From assembly GCA_009103225.1 (NCBI GenBank), contig RHPI01002402.1, positions 496,001 to 560,000 of the forward strand: DNA of 64,000 nt. Direction: 5' to 3'. Both the position numbers and the translations under genes were made by a program. The notes beneath the pieces are model-generated. The model was not told the DNA's origin, did no database searches, and saw nothing but the letters and a program-made list of their open reading frames with translations. The stretch's first letter is position 1. Each line of letters starts with the position of its first letter. This stretch comes from Chlorokybus atmophyticus (taxonomy: Eukaryota; Plantae; Mesostigma and Chlorokybus algae). This document shows, one piece after another, positions 35,334 to 49,007 of the stretch.

Positions 35334-38065
35334 NNNNNNNNNNNNNNNNNNNNNNNNNNNNNNNNNNNNNNNNNNNNNNNNNNNNNNNNNNNNNNNNNNN
35401 NNNNNNNNNNNNNNNNNNNNNNNNNNNNNNNNNNNNNNNNNNNNNNNNNNNNNNNNNNNNNNNNNNNNNNNNNNNNNNNNNNNNNNNNNNNNNNNNNNNN
35501 NNNNNNNNNNNNNNNNNNNNNNNNNNNNNNNNNNNNNNNNNNNNNNTTTTTAGTCACAGTGCAGTCTCTCTCTCTCTCTCTCTCTCTCTCGCTCGCTCTC
35601 TCTCTCTCTCTCTCACTCTCACTCTCACTCTCACTCTCTCTGGCACGTACGCATTCTGGCACATGCGCGCATGCATGCAGACACACGCGTGCGTGCGCGC
35701 GTGTGTCTGTTGATTGTACTTGTGTTCCCTTCTCAGTGCCGAATTGCAGGTTCTGAGCGTGGTTCGCTCTTCCTGCGGCCGCTGCTCCCTCCACCTCCTC
35801 AACATGACGAGTCAGTCGTGGCTGACTCCCTCGGACGTGGACCGCACGGTGTGGTGGCACTACCTCGTGGTCTTCGTTCCCGAGGGGGACGCCGACCCAA
35901 GCATGCGCGGACTGGGGACGCTCTACGTCGGGGGAGGGAGCAACCGAGAGATGGATGTTGGGAGGGTGGAGAGGATCGCGGAAGTGGGAATGGTCAAGAG
36001 GCTGGCGCTGGTGACGAGGGGGATCACTGCGGCGCTGTTCCAGGTGGGGGCTGGTCAGCACGCGCTTGTGCGTGTGCGTTGGCGTTGGCGTTGGCGTTTG
36101 CATATGCGTGCGCCTGTGCGTGTGTGCATGCGTCTCATGTACTTGCACGCATGAACAGCAGTGTTATCACATGCGGTTGGTAGTAGTGCACTCAGCCAAT
36201 ACTGCCACTATATCGCGTTGGTGCTGATAGTCGCGCATGGAGTGCAAGCTATGTGGTTGTAATGCTGTATTGCGTGCGACCGTGCGTGCGCATACATGCG
36301 CACGTCCATGAACACACGTGTAATGCGCGCTTGCGCCAATCGCTCGTGGTACTGGTGTGCCATCACATCTATGACATGCCGTGGATAGTGCACGAGCGCT
36401 CAGCCGCTACACTCTAGTCAGTTCCTGTGTTTGGTAAGATTGCATTGCAAACTGTGTGTTTGTGACGTGGTGTTCACAACAATCAAACAGGTGCCGAACC
36501 AGCCGCTGATATTTGCGAGTGATGCTTCGGGCGCGCGTCGGTCTGAGGACAGCCTGATAGCGTGGGGGTGGGAGCAGTTCCTGCTCGGCGGGGGCAAGCG
36601 ACCCGAGTGGCTGCCACGCCTGCCCATGACCAAAGCCGCCGTGCGGGGAATGGACACCGTACAGGCCTACTGCAAACAGGCAGGGGGATGTAGCATCGCT
36701 CACACACATGCATTCATGCCCGATTGCACATGCAGAGACACATGTATGTACGCACACTCACACGCACACGCGCACGGGTGCGCATAAACACACGTGTGTG
36801 CGCGTGAGAAAAGTTTCGACACAGCAGTTACAGTTACAAAGGGGTTCAGTGTGGTCACGTTCACGTTCACGTTCGACTCTTGCCGAATGCTATCACCCTG
36901 TACAGATTGGAGTGGTTGCTCCCGAGCGCTTTGTGGTTGTGGGTGCATCAAAGCGTGGTTGGACGTCATGGACGACAGCAGCAGTGGACCCGCGCGTGTG
37001 CGGCGTGATTCCGATCGTGATGGATCTACTCAACTTCCGTCCAAGCGTGCACCACCACTACCGCAGCTACGGCGGCTGGAGCTTCGCGTTCGCGGACTAC
37101 GTCGCCGCCAGCGTCACGACGCACCTCGACACCCCGCAGATGCGCGCCCTGCTCGATATCGTCGACCCGTACGTCTATCGAGCACGCCTCACCATGGCCA
37201 AGTATATCGTCAGTACCACTGGAGATGAGTTCTTCCTGCCAGACGACAGCCGCTTCTTCCTGTCTGTAAGTTGTGATCTAACGTGCGTGTTGCGAGGTTG
37301 TTGGTTGAGTGAGATGTATGTAGATGAAGCAAAGGGTGCATGCTTTAAGCTCAATTTGCACCCACATGTACACTCATACACACGTGCGCAAGCGCAAGCG
37401 CACACATGCATGCGTGCACGTGTGTGCGTGTGCGCGCGCAGACGCTTATATACGCACGGACGCACTTGCACACACGATCATGCTACGCACACATGCAGGA
37501 GCTGCCTGGCACCAACTACCTGCGTATGCTTCCGAACTGCGAGCACTCGATGGTGATGTGCCTGAACGACGTGATCAAAAACACCGCCGCTTTCATCATG
37601 TCTCTACGCTCCCCCTCTCCCTCACCTCACCTTCACCCCATCATCTCCACCACCACCTCCGCCGCACCACACGTTGACTGGGTAGTGGACTACCCCAACG
37701 GCATCATTCAAGCAACAAGCTACTCCATACCAAAGAAAGCCACAGCGTGGTGCGCTCTTACAATCAGCGACAAAAGGAGGGACTTCAGGCTGTTAGCACT
37801 CTTTCAAGGCAAGCCCGTGCCTCAGCCCGTAGTGTGGCGCAAGCTTCATCTGGCATTGGATGATGTGAGCAGAAGTAACTGGCCGTTTACGTACACGCAT
37901 CGTGTGCCGAAGCCGTTGCGCGGGTGGCGCGCGTGCTTTGTGGAGTTGACGTTTGAGGGGTATCGTGGTGTGGACTTTGTGCTGACCTCCCCGGTCAGCA
38001 TCATGCCGGATACCTTACCGTTCCCCGACTGCAGCGGGGAGGATTGCGGGCGGCAGCTGGTATGA
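35129..38065 (+). CDS. pqaA: PhoPQ-activated pathogenicity-related protein (PqaA / Dictyostelium AprA family), secreted alpha/beta-hydrolase-like
   Basis: Signal peptide, then TPLDDYVRRPD.HYKW, LNMTSQSWL...VWWHYL, VPNQP, SEDSLIAWGW, LPMTKAAVRGMD, VVGASKRGWTSW, IVDPYVY, GDEFFLPD and LRMLPNCEHS. Confidence 0.92.
35334..35546. other. Assembly gap (213 N) inside PqaA intron 1, flanked by (CT)n tracts
   Basis: Direct read. Confidence 1.
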
Positions 38066-39024
38066 GCTGCGTGACATGGTGTTGGTGGCTGTTGCTGTTG
38101 TTGTTGTTGTTGTCATCAATGTTGTAGGTGTTCATGGTTCTCAGATGTAAAGCATGCAGTGTGTAGCTTAAGCTTGCGTGGGGTTGCCCCCGCACGCGGC
38201 CCACCTGTTCGGGTCTAATGGAACGTACCAGGATACCGCACAAAGCTATTCAAAAACCACATTGACAAACACGGTTGATTGCCTTGCCCAATTGGATTGT
38301 GCTAATAAGCACAGTGTTCATCTGGTTGACTTACGCGCATCAGTATTGGCCATGTAGCTTTGCCCATAGCGATGACAGTACGCATTTGCCTCACACAATG
38401 ATAGCATGCTGCACCACAACGCAGAAGAGCACGCAACACTCCCCATTTCAACCGCATTATGCTTCAGAACAAGGATCAGGTGTTGAGGCACTTCATCAAG
38501 TGATGGAGATTGAGGACACGACATGTTCAAAAAGTTGCTGCATGGGTTTGTTCAACAACTGCTAATGTTGTACGCCACGACATCAACCAAGCCCAGGCTG
38601 TACAAGCAGATGTCTTGGCTAAGAGAAAGGCATATATCAACCCAAGAAGCTTAGAGTGGTGCAGGAAGGGCAAGAAGTGATAGTGAAAGCACCGAGCATG
38701 TCAGAGGGTAGACGTACTTGGGCGAGTGGGTCTGAGGGTTTTTCAAAACACTCTCGGGCGCATTGCGACTTCACGCATGTGCTGAGGTTGTCTCTCTCTG
38801 CGCGTTAACAAACAGTGCGGCGTAGGACTGCCCATGCACAGCGTACGCAGTCAACAAGCTCATGCATACGTTGCAACTATCATTCCTTCAAGTCACCTGC
38901 GGGATACCTACTTACATCATTGCTACTTACTAGCACTAGCTCCATTAGTCATGCAAGCAAGCACTGCGCTTAGCCAAACATCCAATTCAATCACTTGCAC
39001 AGCGGCCGTGTTGTGTGCTATGTT

Positions 39025-40490
39025 TCATGTTTGTGCTTTGTGTGTTTGTGCGCGTGCTGTGCGCGTGCTGTGTGCAGGTATGGGCGGTGGCAATGGTGAG
39101 CATGCATCACTCGAACAGCAGCACAACCGCAACCATGTCAGCATGTGTTGGTGCGTGCGCGTGTGCTGTGTGGTGAGTTTTCGTGATGCGAACGAGCACT
39201 CTATTGCAAACAGCAAAGCAATGCGCATCACACCCACGCGTGTACATCTTAGCCGCAATGCCAGCTGCAACACGCACTCACCTGTGACATCTGGCGCACT
39301 GTACGTCGCTCGCATTGAATGGAGTGTAAGTTCCTGCATAGCACATATGAGACCTGCTTCCTGCCAAAGCAAGCCGTATGCAGCGTTGATTGTGTCAAGA
39401 ACGTCACAGAGGGCTGCATGCAATGCCATCTGATCGGGTGCAGTTGGAAGGTCGTCACGATAACATGTGTGTGCAGAGGACCATTTTTCCAGCGGGAGGT
39501 GGTATGGTATCTCTTCATCTGGCAGTTTTGCATCTGGCAGCCCGCTCAAATCCAATGCCAACAACAGTGCTGCGTTTGTAATTGGCGGCACACTTGCGCG
39601 CACCTGCAGCACGCACTCTCACACACATGCACATGCACGGCGCACGAGCAAGTGCGCGAACAAGCGAGAGTGCACGCATCCACACAATGCCACAGTGCTG
39701 CCGAGATGGCATACACAAGTTGTGCTGTCTTCTTCCAACCATCAATGTGTGGAATTGTGTCGTGTCCTCAAGTTGGGAAGGGTGTGTGTGCATGTAGTCG
39801 ACCCTTTCTTTAGAGTGGTAGATTGCTTGTGATCACTTGGCTGGAGTAAAAGAACATGCATGGGATGCAGGAATTCTTGCAGGCAGAGTTGCATGCATAA
39901 TGACGTTTTGTAATACTCATCTGGAAGATTGCACTGCACTGCACTGCAGCACCACCTACAGTAGGCTCTCTGGCATCATCTTTGTACCCTGCATCCACCT
40001 TCTGCCTGATGCGCACCTCAGTGCAGGTCAGCTTTGGGCAGGAGTCTTGCTGTGAAGAGGGAAAACAGCAGAAGCAGGAGCAGGATTAGCAAAACAAACA
40101 TGTCCTCACTTGTGTAGCAGCTCATGCATGTAAGAAGTACCGTGCACAACAGTGGGAGCCCTGCATCAGCCTGTCTGGTGAGAGGAGTCATGTATTAGTA
40201 GACAGTTGACCCCACAAACATTGGCAAGTTTCCTTCAAAACAAGGGCACGCCAAACCACAACGCTTGCATAGGGTATGAGTCATTTGACATACATGCGCT
40301 CAGTCTGTGCACACACACATACACACGTACTACCAAAGCATATCCAGCCAGCCAGCACAGCGCCACCACACTTACATCACACCCGAGGCCATCGCACTAG
40401 CTTATTCTATGCGCCCTATGTGCAATGCAGTGCCGTGAAGGAGGAGCCAGCAGCAGCAGGCAGCAGCAGCAAGCAACTCCAACCAACCTG
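39025..40490 (-). pseudogene. Unidentified multi-exon gene or pseudogene
   Basis: Clean stop-free exon 39603-39282 (VRASVPPITNAALLLALDLSGLPDAKLPDEEIPYHLPLEKW...) with good splice sites, a 30-nt micro-exon 40170-40141 and a strong acceptor at 40050. The intervening exon frame contains TAA at about 39810 and a TGA. Confidence 0.35.
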
Positions 40491-40958
40491 AGTGCACAAG
40501 TGTGCATGTGTACCGTAAGATCGTTGTCGTGCATGGTGCACACAACAACAACTACAACAGCAGCAGCAGCAGCAGCAGCAGCACTGTCAGCGCCTGATTA
40601 AAACTACAACTGGAACAACGTTGTGTTCCGCATAACCCCCGGTTGAAAAGGACAAAACACACACAGAGCGCTCGCTTGTTGTCGTATGTTGTCATGCCCT
40701 GCTGCATGCAAGGTCAGAGCACCCCTTCTTGTACTTCTTGAGTCAGGCTCATCAGGACTTCAAGAACCATGTAGTTGAAGTAGATGCTTGGTATGTGACA
40801 GCCCCCCTGCTCAGAGGTTTCCAGCTCTCATCTGGCTCAATGCATCAGGCACGACAGATGTGCAGTCATGCGTAAGCAGCGGCTGCACATGCAGCGTGGT
40901 GCTTCTGTGCTCCGGAGGCATCGTCTACACATGCATGCATCAGGCAGGCTTGCCCAAC

Positions 40959-40961
<3 letters not shown>

Positions 40962-41001
<40 letters not shown>
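40962..41001. repeat. (CT)n microsatellite
   Basis: Direct read. Confidence 0.95.
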
Positions 41002-41004
<3 letters not shown>

Positions 41005-41666
41005 GAGCACCAAAAGACACAAGTGTCGTGCCCTTGTCTACTGCCGTCTGTCAAAGGATTTGTCCTGTGTGACAGCAGGTCGGGACAGCGGGAAGCAGAA
41101 GACCAGAGGGTCCCTTTCAGTGCCGGGTGGCCGGGCTAGCCGCAATGGATGATTTATAAAAACTGCCGTCTGGCCCATACGTTGCTCGACCCCTGGACTC
41201 CTTTAGTATAGTATCAGCATCACTCTATGCCATGCATTGTTTATGTTGGTGGGCACTACGTAGTACTTCAGTGCGTGCATGCGTATTCGCTGTTGTTAAC
41301 TGCATGAGCCAGACAAATAAATGTGCTTATCAGTTTTTAGTCACAGTGCAGAGAGAGCAGGGGGAGCATCCTTGCGCACCAAAACTGGCGTAGATCAGCT
41401 AGAGAAGATGAGGAACCGCAATCTCGGACGTTCCTTGTGTTTAGTAAGATGTAACAAGATCTATGTTGTGCATGGGACTTTGACGACATCATCAGCAGGG
41501 CGACAAAAGCGCAGGTAAGTAGCAGCCCTTCTTGAGAGCACAGTTTCAGCTTTCAGTTGGGGACATACCTTATCATCACGGGCACTTTCAGCCAAATAAT
41601 TTATGTACACAACTCGCAAGCATTGCAGTGGGAGAGGCAAGAGCAGCAGTCACTGCCACTGCGGTG

Positions 41667-43022
41667 CTACGACGCGCGCAGGACCTTCATGAGTCCGTGG
41701 TTGACGAGGCCGCCAAAGCGCCGGAAGCCGTAACCGAGGGTGCTCTTCGTGTACTCCAGCTCCTTGTGATCCCACCTGTTGGGAGGGGGGAAGTGTGAGA
41801 GGGTTGCATCCGCAGTGACACACAGAGTGGGATGCGTGGTGAGACGCATGATGAATGGTAAAGTGTACTGTCTGCCAGCGCACCTGTCTTCCATCCTGAT
41901 TATCTTCCATTGCTCCAGCTGCAGCAAAGAAAGGAGATAAGCATACAGACGTTTGCACGCGCACGCACGCAATAAACGCACACATGTGCATGTGCGCGTG
42001 TGGCATGAGCAATTTACATGCAGGGGACATATGCATTCTGCAGACAAGCAAGCATCCAAGACCTCAAACTGTGGTGTGCAACTCACCTCAAGCCACACTG
42101 TCGACGCCATCTTCTTCTCCTTGTTGAGCCCCTTCACAACGTATCGCTGCAAGAGGTCTATGCTGATCTGCACGCGCGCATGTGCGTTAGTTTTACACAA
42201 GCAAGCACAGTGCTTTAAAAAAGAACTCACCAACGTTAAACAACTCTTTGTGCACGACCAGCAACAATGCCACAACGGATGTGACGCTCACCGTGCCATT
42301 GCCCGCTTCGGTTATATTGCTTGTGACTATGCTCTGCAGCGTCTCAGAGGTCTTGAACGCCTGCCCATGCATCACAAGTATGGTGTAATTAGCAAATGGT
42401 GACAAATCAAATAGCCACATTGTGATGCACATGACTGTGGCAAGTTTAGAAGAGCTTGTGCGTGGACGCACTGAAATCAGCCATGCAATTGTGGCCTGTT
42501 CTGGCTTACATGCATGATACATGCATACTGAATCAGGGTGTTGGTACCTTTGGCATTGCCAGGAACGCCGACTTGATCTGCGGCAATCTGCGGAGGCATC
42601 AACTTGGGTGTGGGTGTGTTTGCGGGTGTGTTGTTTAGAAGGAGTAGATTGGGGTATACATACAGTTGATACACTTTGTGAATCCATCGCACAACACACT
42701 TGCGTAGACGTACCCAATGCAGTACATGAGGGGGTCGGCGAAGACCGCTGTTGGGGAGAAAGAGTCAAATGAGGCCTCAGTCGCACGGCATTGGTACCTA
42801 CAAGACAAGGGGGGGTGCACAGCCGTGAGTGAAGTCATTTATCCAAACAACCCCTCTGTTGGTTTGAGATCACGTACTGCCAGACATTGGTGCCACATTA
42901 GACACAGGCTTCAGAATCACTCACAGCTCAAACACTTTGTCCAGCACGCTCTGCACCCCGGGGGTCACGCCGCTCCCTGCCGGCGCCGCTGCCGCAGCTG
43001 CCGTCTGCTGATCCACCGCCAT
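41667..43022 (-). CDS. NTF2/SnoaL-like fold hypothetical protein, 7 exons
   Basis: Exons splice in frame: MAVDQQ...VLDKVFELYQCRATEASFDSFSPTAVFADPLMYCIGLPQIKSAFLAMPK...LEQWKIIRMEDRWD.... The VF.DP and KI...ED.WD pattern is typical of NTF2-like proteins. Confidence 0.7.
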
Positions 43023-43293
43023 GCTGACCTACTCACACCGTTGGCTACCTGACTACCCACCTGCACCACCGCCGCCGCCGCCAATGCCACGTGCAAAGCG
43101 CCTATGCGTGACATTACACAGCTGATGTCTCACGGCTGTACCTGTATCTTACTCCACACGCTGCCACGTAGCAGAGATCTCCGTCAGTACGCAGTACGCC
43201 TGTTCTGTTGCAAGTACGTACGTACGTACATGTGTACCAATGCCCCACTCAGTCCCCCCCCAATTCATCCATGTCGTGCATGTCCGCCTCGTC

Positions 43294-44647
43294 ATGGGCG
43301 GCGGCGGCGGTGGGGCGGAGGACGACGTGGTGATACGGCCTGTGGGTGACGGAGAGGCGGAAAGGGTTTCGTACGTCGTGAACCACGCGTACCGTAGCGG
43401 TGAGCTCGGCGGGGCGGAGGGGCGGAGCTGGGTGGACGACTCGGAACTCATACGGGGCATGCGCACGTCACCGGGAAAGGTCGTGTTGGGGTATCACCAC
43501 AACAAAACAATCACAGTTGATAAAATAGCCCAAAACCAATCTCAACTACCACCAGTACTGTTATTGTTGGAGTTTTCAGAGTTAGAAAGTCTTATGCAAA
43601 CAACAATGCATTCGCAGCTCTGGTCTGTTGGCATGTCACCCGCAGTCTGCGTAGACGCACAAGAAGAGCAAAGGAATATAGACCACCGGTGTATTGAGTA
43701 TTGGATGTTGTTCAAGTAACCAATCGGTACCGCGAGCATGGAACTGGAGAACTCAACCCGAGAGTGTCACACGATGTTGTTTTCGCCTACGATGTTTCTG
43801 CAACCTGCTGATTAGAACGGGATCGTCAGTTTGCTTTTCATTTGCAGGTAGCTCAGTCCCTGGCGTCCGGTACACTCTTGTTAGTTGCCGTTGAGACAGC
43901 GACCAACACCATCATCGGCTGCATCAAACTGGTACCCAACTCTTTGATTTGACTTGTCTGTCTCCTGCTCTATGGACCCAACCCTCTCCCGTATGACCAC
44001 ATGCACATCCCACCCATGCACATCCCACCCACACACGCGCAGGAGCCATACAACACCGGCGACGCAAACGCCAGGACCCGCCCGGCTTCGCTGCGAGAAA
44101 GATCAGAAGAGGGAGACAATGCATCACTGCCGGTTCCGAATTGGGAGGTTGGCATGCTAGCGGTGCTGCCTCGCTGCCAGGTGGGGATGCACTTGCGCAT
44201 GCGTGTGCACGTGTGCCTGCATGTCGGTGTGCATGTGCGCGCATTCGTATCTAAGTGGTGTGCTTGCACGCGCACGCGAATGTGTGCACGCGATGGGAGT
44301 GTTGTTTGTTTGGAGACATGGTGATGCGCGCAGAAGCAAGGGTTGGGGAAGAGGCTGCTGGCGGCTGCGGAGGAGGAGCTGCGCCGGCGGGGTGAGAAGA
44401 CCGCCGTGCTCGCGCACATGAGCCATGCCAAGATCACCGGTGAGTTGTGAGGGCGAAGAGACTGCGATACAAGATCATGCTAGTATTGTCATGACAAAGT
44501 TGTGCGTGTGGTGCGCGTGCAGAGTGGTACCAGCGGAGAGGGTACCGGCTCACCGGGGACTCCCTCCCAGCCAATGAGATAGTGGAGAAGAACGGGGAGG
44601 TTGCGCTCGGGGAGGTACGCTTCGTCTATCTTGCCAAGGCGTTGTGA
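43294..44647 (+). CDS. GNAT-family N-acetyltransferase
   Basis: VVNHAYRSGE, IIGCIKL, EVGMLAVLPRCQ/SKGLGKRLLAAAEEELRRRG (acetyl-CoA motif A) and WYQRRGY. Confidence 0.85.
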
Positions 44648-45265
44648 GATAGGCCACATTAATGTACTAGTCACTGCAGTCCGGTGACTTGGCGAGACTT
44701 GACGGAATCCTCAGCGCTGAGATGATGACATCCTTACAGCAACCAATTGTAGTATAGCTAGTATCGGTACTGTTGAGTCAATTATTAATTAGCATCGTTA
44801 GGCTATTCATAAATCTAAGGCCCTCAAACTGCTTGCTTTACTTAGCATGTGTGTACATGCAGCGGTTGACCATGAGAACCTGGTGAGCAGCAGCTGTGGC
44901 CAGAAACTTGTTTGGGGACAATGAGTGCTTTGCATGTGATAGCCTTGACGATATCTACAGCGCGCATTGTTGTGGAAATCTATAAATGTTTTGGAAATAA
45001 CTTCCAGTCATGCTATAAAAATGTCAATGAAGTCTGCATGGCGTGGCTGCATGACCTTGTTGCCAAGCGACATACAACACAGCGCCGTGCTTGAGCAATC
45101 TTCTAACTAGGCCTGGCCACAATGCACCCTTTCACACACATGTGCGCGTGCATGTGTATGCATGTGCGCCCCATCAACAGAGCAGCAGCACCTCAGTTAG
45201 CACACTCAATAGTCGACTCTGATTTGTGGGCTGATGATTATATTATTGCCAAAACAATTGAAGCG

Positions 45266-47087
45266 CTACGGTATGCACAGATTCCGTGCGTTGGCCAGAT
45301 CCAACTCAGGCGGCCATTCAATCTGTCTCAACTTGATCTCGTACAACAAGGGCCACAATTTTCCCGTGACAAACAGGCGGTCGTTATCCGGGTCCCACGC
45401 GATGCCGTTGAGCACGTCCGCGTTGCGCGCCCCCCGCTCGCGCTGCATCGCCTCCTGCAACCCATGCAGGAGGATCCACCCAACCACCCGCCCCGTGTCG
45501 GGCGATACACGTGCGATGCAGTCATGCTGCCACACGTTTGCCCAAACCTCCCCGTTGACGAATTCCAACTCGTTTAACCAAGTCACCGCGCGCCCGTCAT
45601 CGTGCACTTGAACCTGTCTCACTTCTGCAACACAACGCGCACATACACGTACACACACAGACGGGACTTTAAGTTCGTGCACAAGGGAGGAAAGAAGAAC
45701 GGAAAAAGAAGAATGAAAAAGCCAATCACCATCCATGTGGTACCTTTGAAGGTGTTTGGGTCTATGAAGTTGAGGGTTGAGCCGGAGTCTGTCAGTATGA
45801 GTAGAGAACCGTTGTGCGTGAGGCCCCAGCCGTCATTGTAGGGCGTCTGGAAGGTGAATGTCTTCTTCAGCGTGCTGGTCTCGTAGACGAAGCCCGTGCC
45901 CGTCAGCCACGTCAGCTGCAACAGGCGGTCGCGCCAAAGAGTCAGCCCTTCCGCAAAGTACTGAGACGGCACCTTGCTGCATGCGCACAACACCAACACG
46001 CCACATGTGTGTGTATACATGCGCGTGCAGCCAATACACCGTAGGCATGTTGTGTATGTGCGTATGTGTGCACACGTAGCCATTATACCATAAAAACAAC
46101 TCTTTTCATAGACAATGTGTTGCTTACGTTTGCTTCAGCACTCTTCCGGAGGCGAGTTCAACCTCTCGCACGCTGGAGCGGCCACGCAAGCCCGTGGACT
46201 CGTACAGGAGCCCATTACCGGCCCAAGCGAGGCCTTGCGTGAATGCGGTGGGATCGTGCTCGTATTGAGCGACCACGTCATATGTATATAGCTTGGGAGG
46301 CCCCTCTACTTGCTGTGCCTGCCCAGTTATAACAACATTGGCACCTCTTGCAGATGAGGCAGTAACGAGAACTGCCTATGCAAGTGTTGCACGCATTGGC
46401 GAAACAAAACTGCCACAAACTAGCGCGTTACGCAATGCCCGATTGGCCTTTGGTATATGCCTTGAAATGCAAACCACTCAGTGTAAGCTTGAACACATTG
46501 CTTGAGATGATGACGGCAACAACCGGCAGCAAACAGCGTAGTGTGCAATGGACACGTTGCATGGGTGGGCATTGCACTAGGAAATCCACCAAAGCACAGT
46601 GACAGCGAGTTTCTACTTGAATTTGCGGCTACTGTACATGCAAGACATACACAGCGTCAGCATTCTGCTTGCACACACACACTCATTGGCAATGCATGCG
46701 CAGGCAGTGTCGGTGACCATGTAGGCCTACCTGGGACAATCTTCGACGGTCGGCAGCAGCGCTGCGACTCTCCAGCAGTTTTTGCTCTCGTGTACGAACG
46801 CCATTGGTGGAGTCGGTGGAGACGGAGGCGGAGGTGGAGGCGGAGACGGGATCAGCTTGCGGACCTCCAGGCAGCTGCAAGCGCAGAAGCAGCAGAGCGG
46901 CGGCGACCACTATGACCAGCAGCAATACCAGCGAGCTCTTCCCACCCGGCCTCATCCGGCTTCTCCAAAGTCCAGCAGCCTCAACGACTTCCTTCTCAGC
47001 ACCACCACGCACCTCACCGCCTCCTCCTACCCCTCCTCCTCCTCCTCCGCCGCCGCCGCCGCCCCCTCGCCTCCGCCGCGCCCCCAT
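45266..47087 (-). CDS. QCT: Type I (plant/bacterial) glutaminyl-peptide cyclotransferase; start at 47087 or 46955
   Basis: HDPTAFTQGL, LYESTGL.GRSSVR, YFAEGLT, GWGLT, LNELEF.NGEVWANVW and DVLNGIAWD...LFVTGKLWP, with an N-terminal membrane anchor. Confidence 0.95.
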
Positions 47088-47804
47088 GCGCCATACTGAG
47101 GCGAACTGCACTGCTCACAAAACCACAATGTCTCATGACTCGCGCTGTTGTTTCACAATATGCTTCTAAACGGGACTAGAGTTGCCTGTATGCTTATTGG
47201 TCTGTAGAGCGACGCACGTGACTGGGGACGGTTATAGGAGCGTGCGGCTGAGGCGTGGCGGCGGCGGCGGCGGCGGCGGCCGACAGAGGAAAAGTACGAA
47301 GAGTTAGACGTGCAGGCGCAGGAGCAGGAGGAGACGACCAAGAAGGCGGACAAGCTTCACAGCTCCCAGAGTGACGACTCTTCCTCCTCCTCCTCCTCCT
47401 CCTCCACCACCATGGTGTCCATGGGTCAGGCCGCCTGGTGGTGGCTCCTCTCCTGGTCTCGGTCGGGCATCCTGGTTGGGCCAGCGGCAATGACGGCATC
47501 AAGGGGTGGGAGTGGTAGGCTCAGGTTCGCTGCCGCGGTCGCGTCGGGACTGATGGCGATGCTGGCGGGAGGGGAGGGAGCCGCGGGGAGGGTCAAAGTG
47601 TACCCGATGGAACTGCTGGCGTCGCCGACGAGATGAGGAGTGTGGGGGAGGTGTGTGTAACATAATGCGACGCTCTGAGGTGAGGATTGGGGGGGGAAGG
47701 TCTTGCAGTGTTGCCGTTATGTAGTGGTCGCGAGAGAGTTCTCACAAGCAGGCATCGTGCGCAGGGTTGCATTTCCTCTGGAGTGAAAGTGTATTACTAG
47801 AATA

Positions 47805-47838
<34 letters not shown>

Positions 47839-49007
47839 GTCCAAGACAAGCATGACAGCATAGTGGCCCACTTACTACTACTACTACGTACGTACGTTCC
47901 TGGTGGCCAGGATATGGGATGTATGGTACAGCTACCATTGCCGCCGACTACCAATCTGTAACTTTATATACATTGTCCTCTAGATCTTCTTGTATACTGT
48001 TGCTGGATGACAGGGCTAGACAAAGAGCACCTTCTCTGGACGTACTACTACACTAGTTAATGTAGCCAATCCTAACAGCTGCTCCGTTGTTTCTGATTGT
48101 AAGTATACTCAAGTGAGACGCTAGTTACACTCTGCATTGCCGGCTACGCTGCTTGCCACTATCTTTGCATGTGCTGTTGCGCATGCTTTTGGTCTCGACA
48201 CGCTGAGGCTGTCCCCAGACATGTTGTTCAATGCATGCTGTCGTGCGAAAATTTGCGTGTGCATCGCGTTCAACTAAACTGCGCACGTGACAGTCTGCTC
48301 TTTGCAATCATCAGCTGCAGTTACTGCCGTGCACAGCAATGTGCAAAGTTGCATGATAATGATGAGTAAACGCAGAAGGGGTCAAGGCAAGAATCGCAGC
48401 AGTGTGATACTTGTACATCACTCTAAACTGTCATGATTACTGATACATGTCTGATGGCGATGTCGTTCGCAGCTTGCAGCATGCACCGTGCACATCCATC
48501 CAGCAAAAAGAGTGCTTAAGCGTGCACATGCGCACACACGCCTTGATATCAGCAATAGGCACATAGCCCAGCAGAGCTCGCCAAAAAGTCCTCATGACTC
48601 CTACAGCTAGACAGAATCAGCTCCAACACACCACACCAAAACACAACATGATGGAACAAGCTGCATAATCATCTTTCTGCAGTGTATGTGATTGCGAACG
48701 CATTCACACCAGACTCCACAACACAGGAGACACAACACGGAAAGACACGCACGTGAGCACTATGCCGCCCACAGCTTCTCTGGCACACTAACAACCGCGA
48801 GACAATTTATCTACCTGTAACTGTGACTGATTTATCTACGCGCCTGCGCACTGCGCACTGTGGGTCCCTACCCTCATTTTCCAAGCACACAACAACAGCC
48901 GTAATAAATATATCCTAGTGGCTGCTGATCCAGCCGCACCAATTTGACAACGCCCCTCGTGCCACGCACACACATGTGCCCAACCTTATTCGTGATGTCG
49001 GCGCTGC

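Noticed and set aside
34991-36148. 385-aa minus-strand ORF and other ORFs spanning the N-gap
   Set aside because: These are antisense shadows of PqaA exons extended through microsatellites and Ns.
48359-48455. Box C/D snoRNA candidate (ATGATGA ... CTGA)
   Set aside because: No terminal stem and no recognisable rRNA-complementary guide. These short boxes are frequent by chance.
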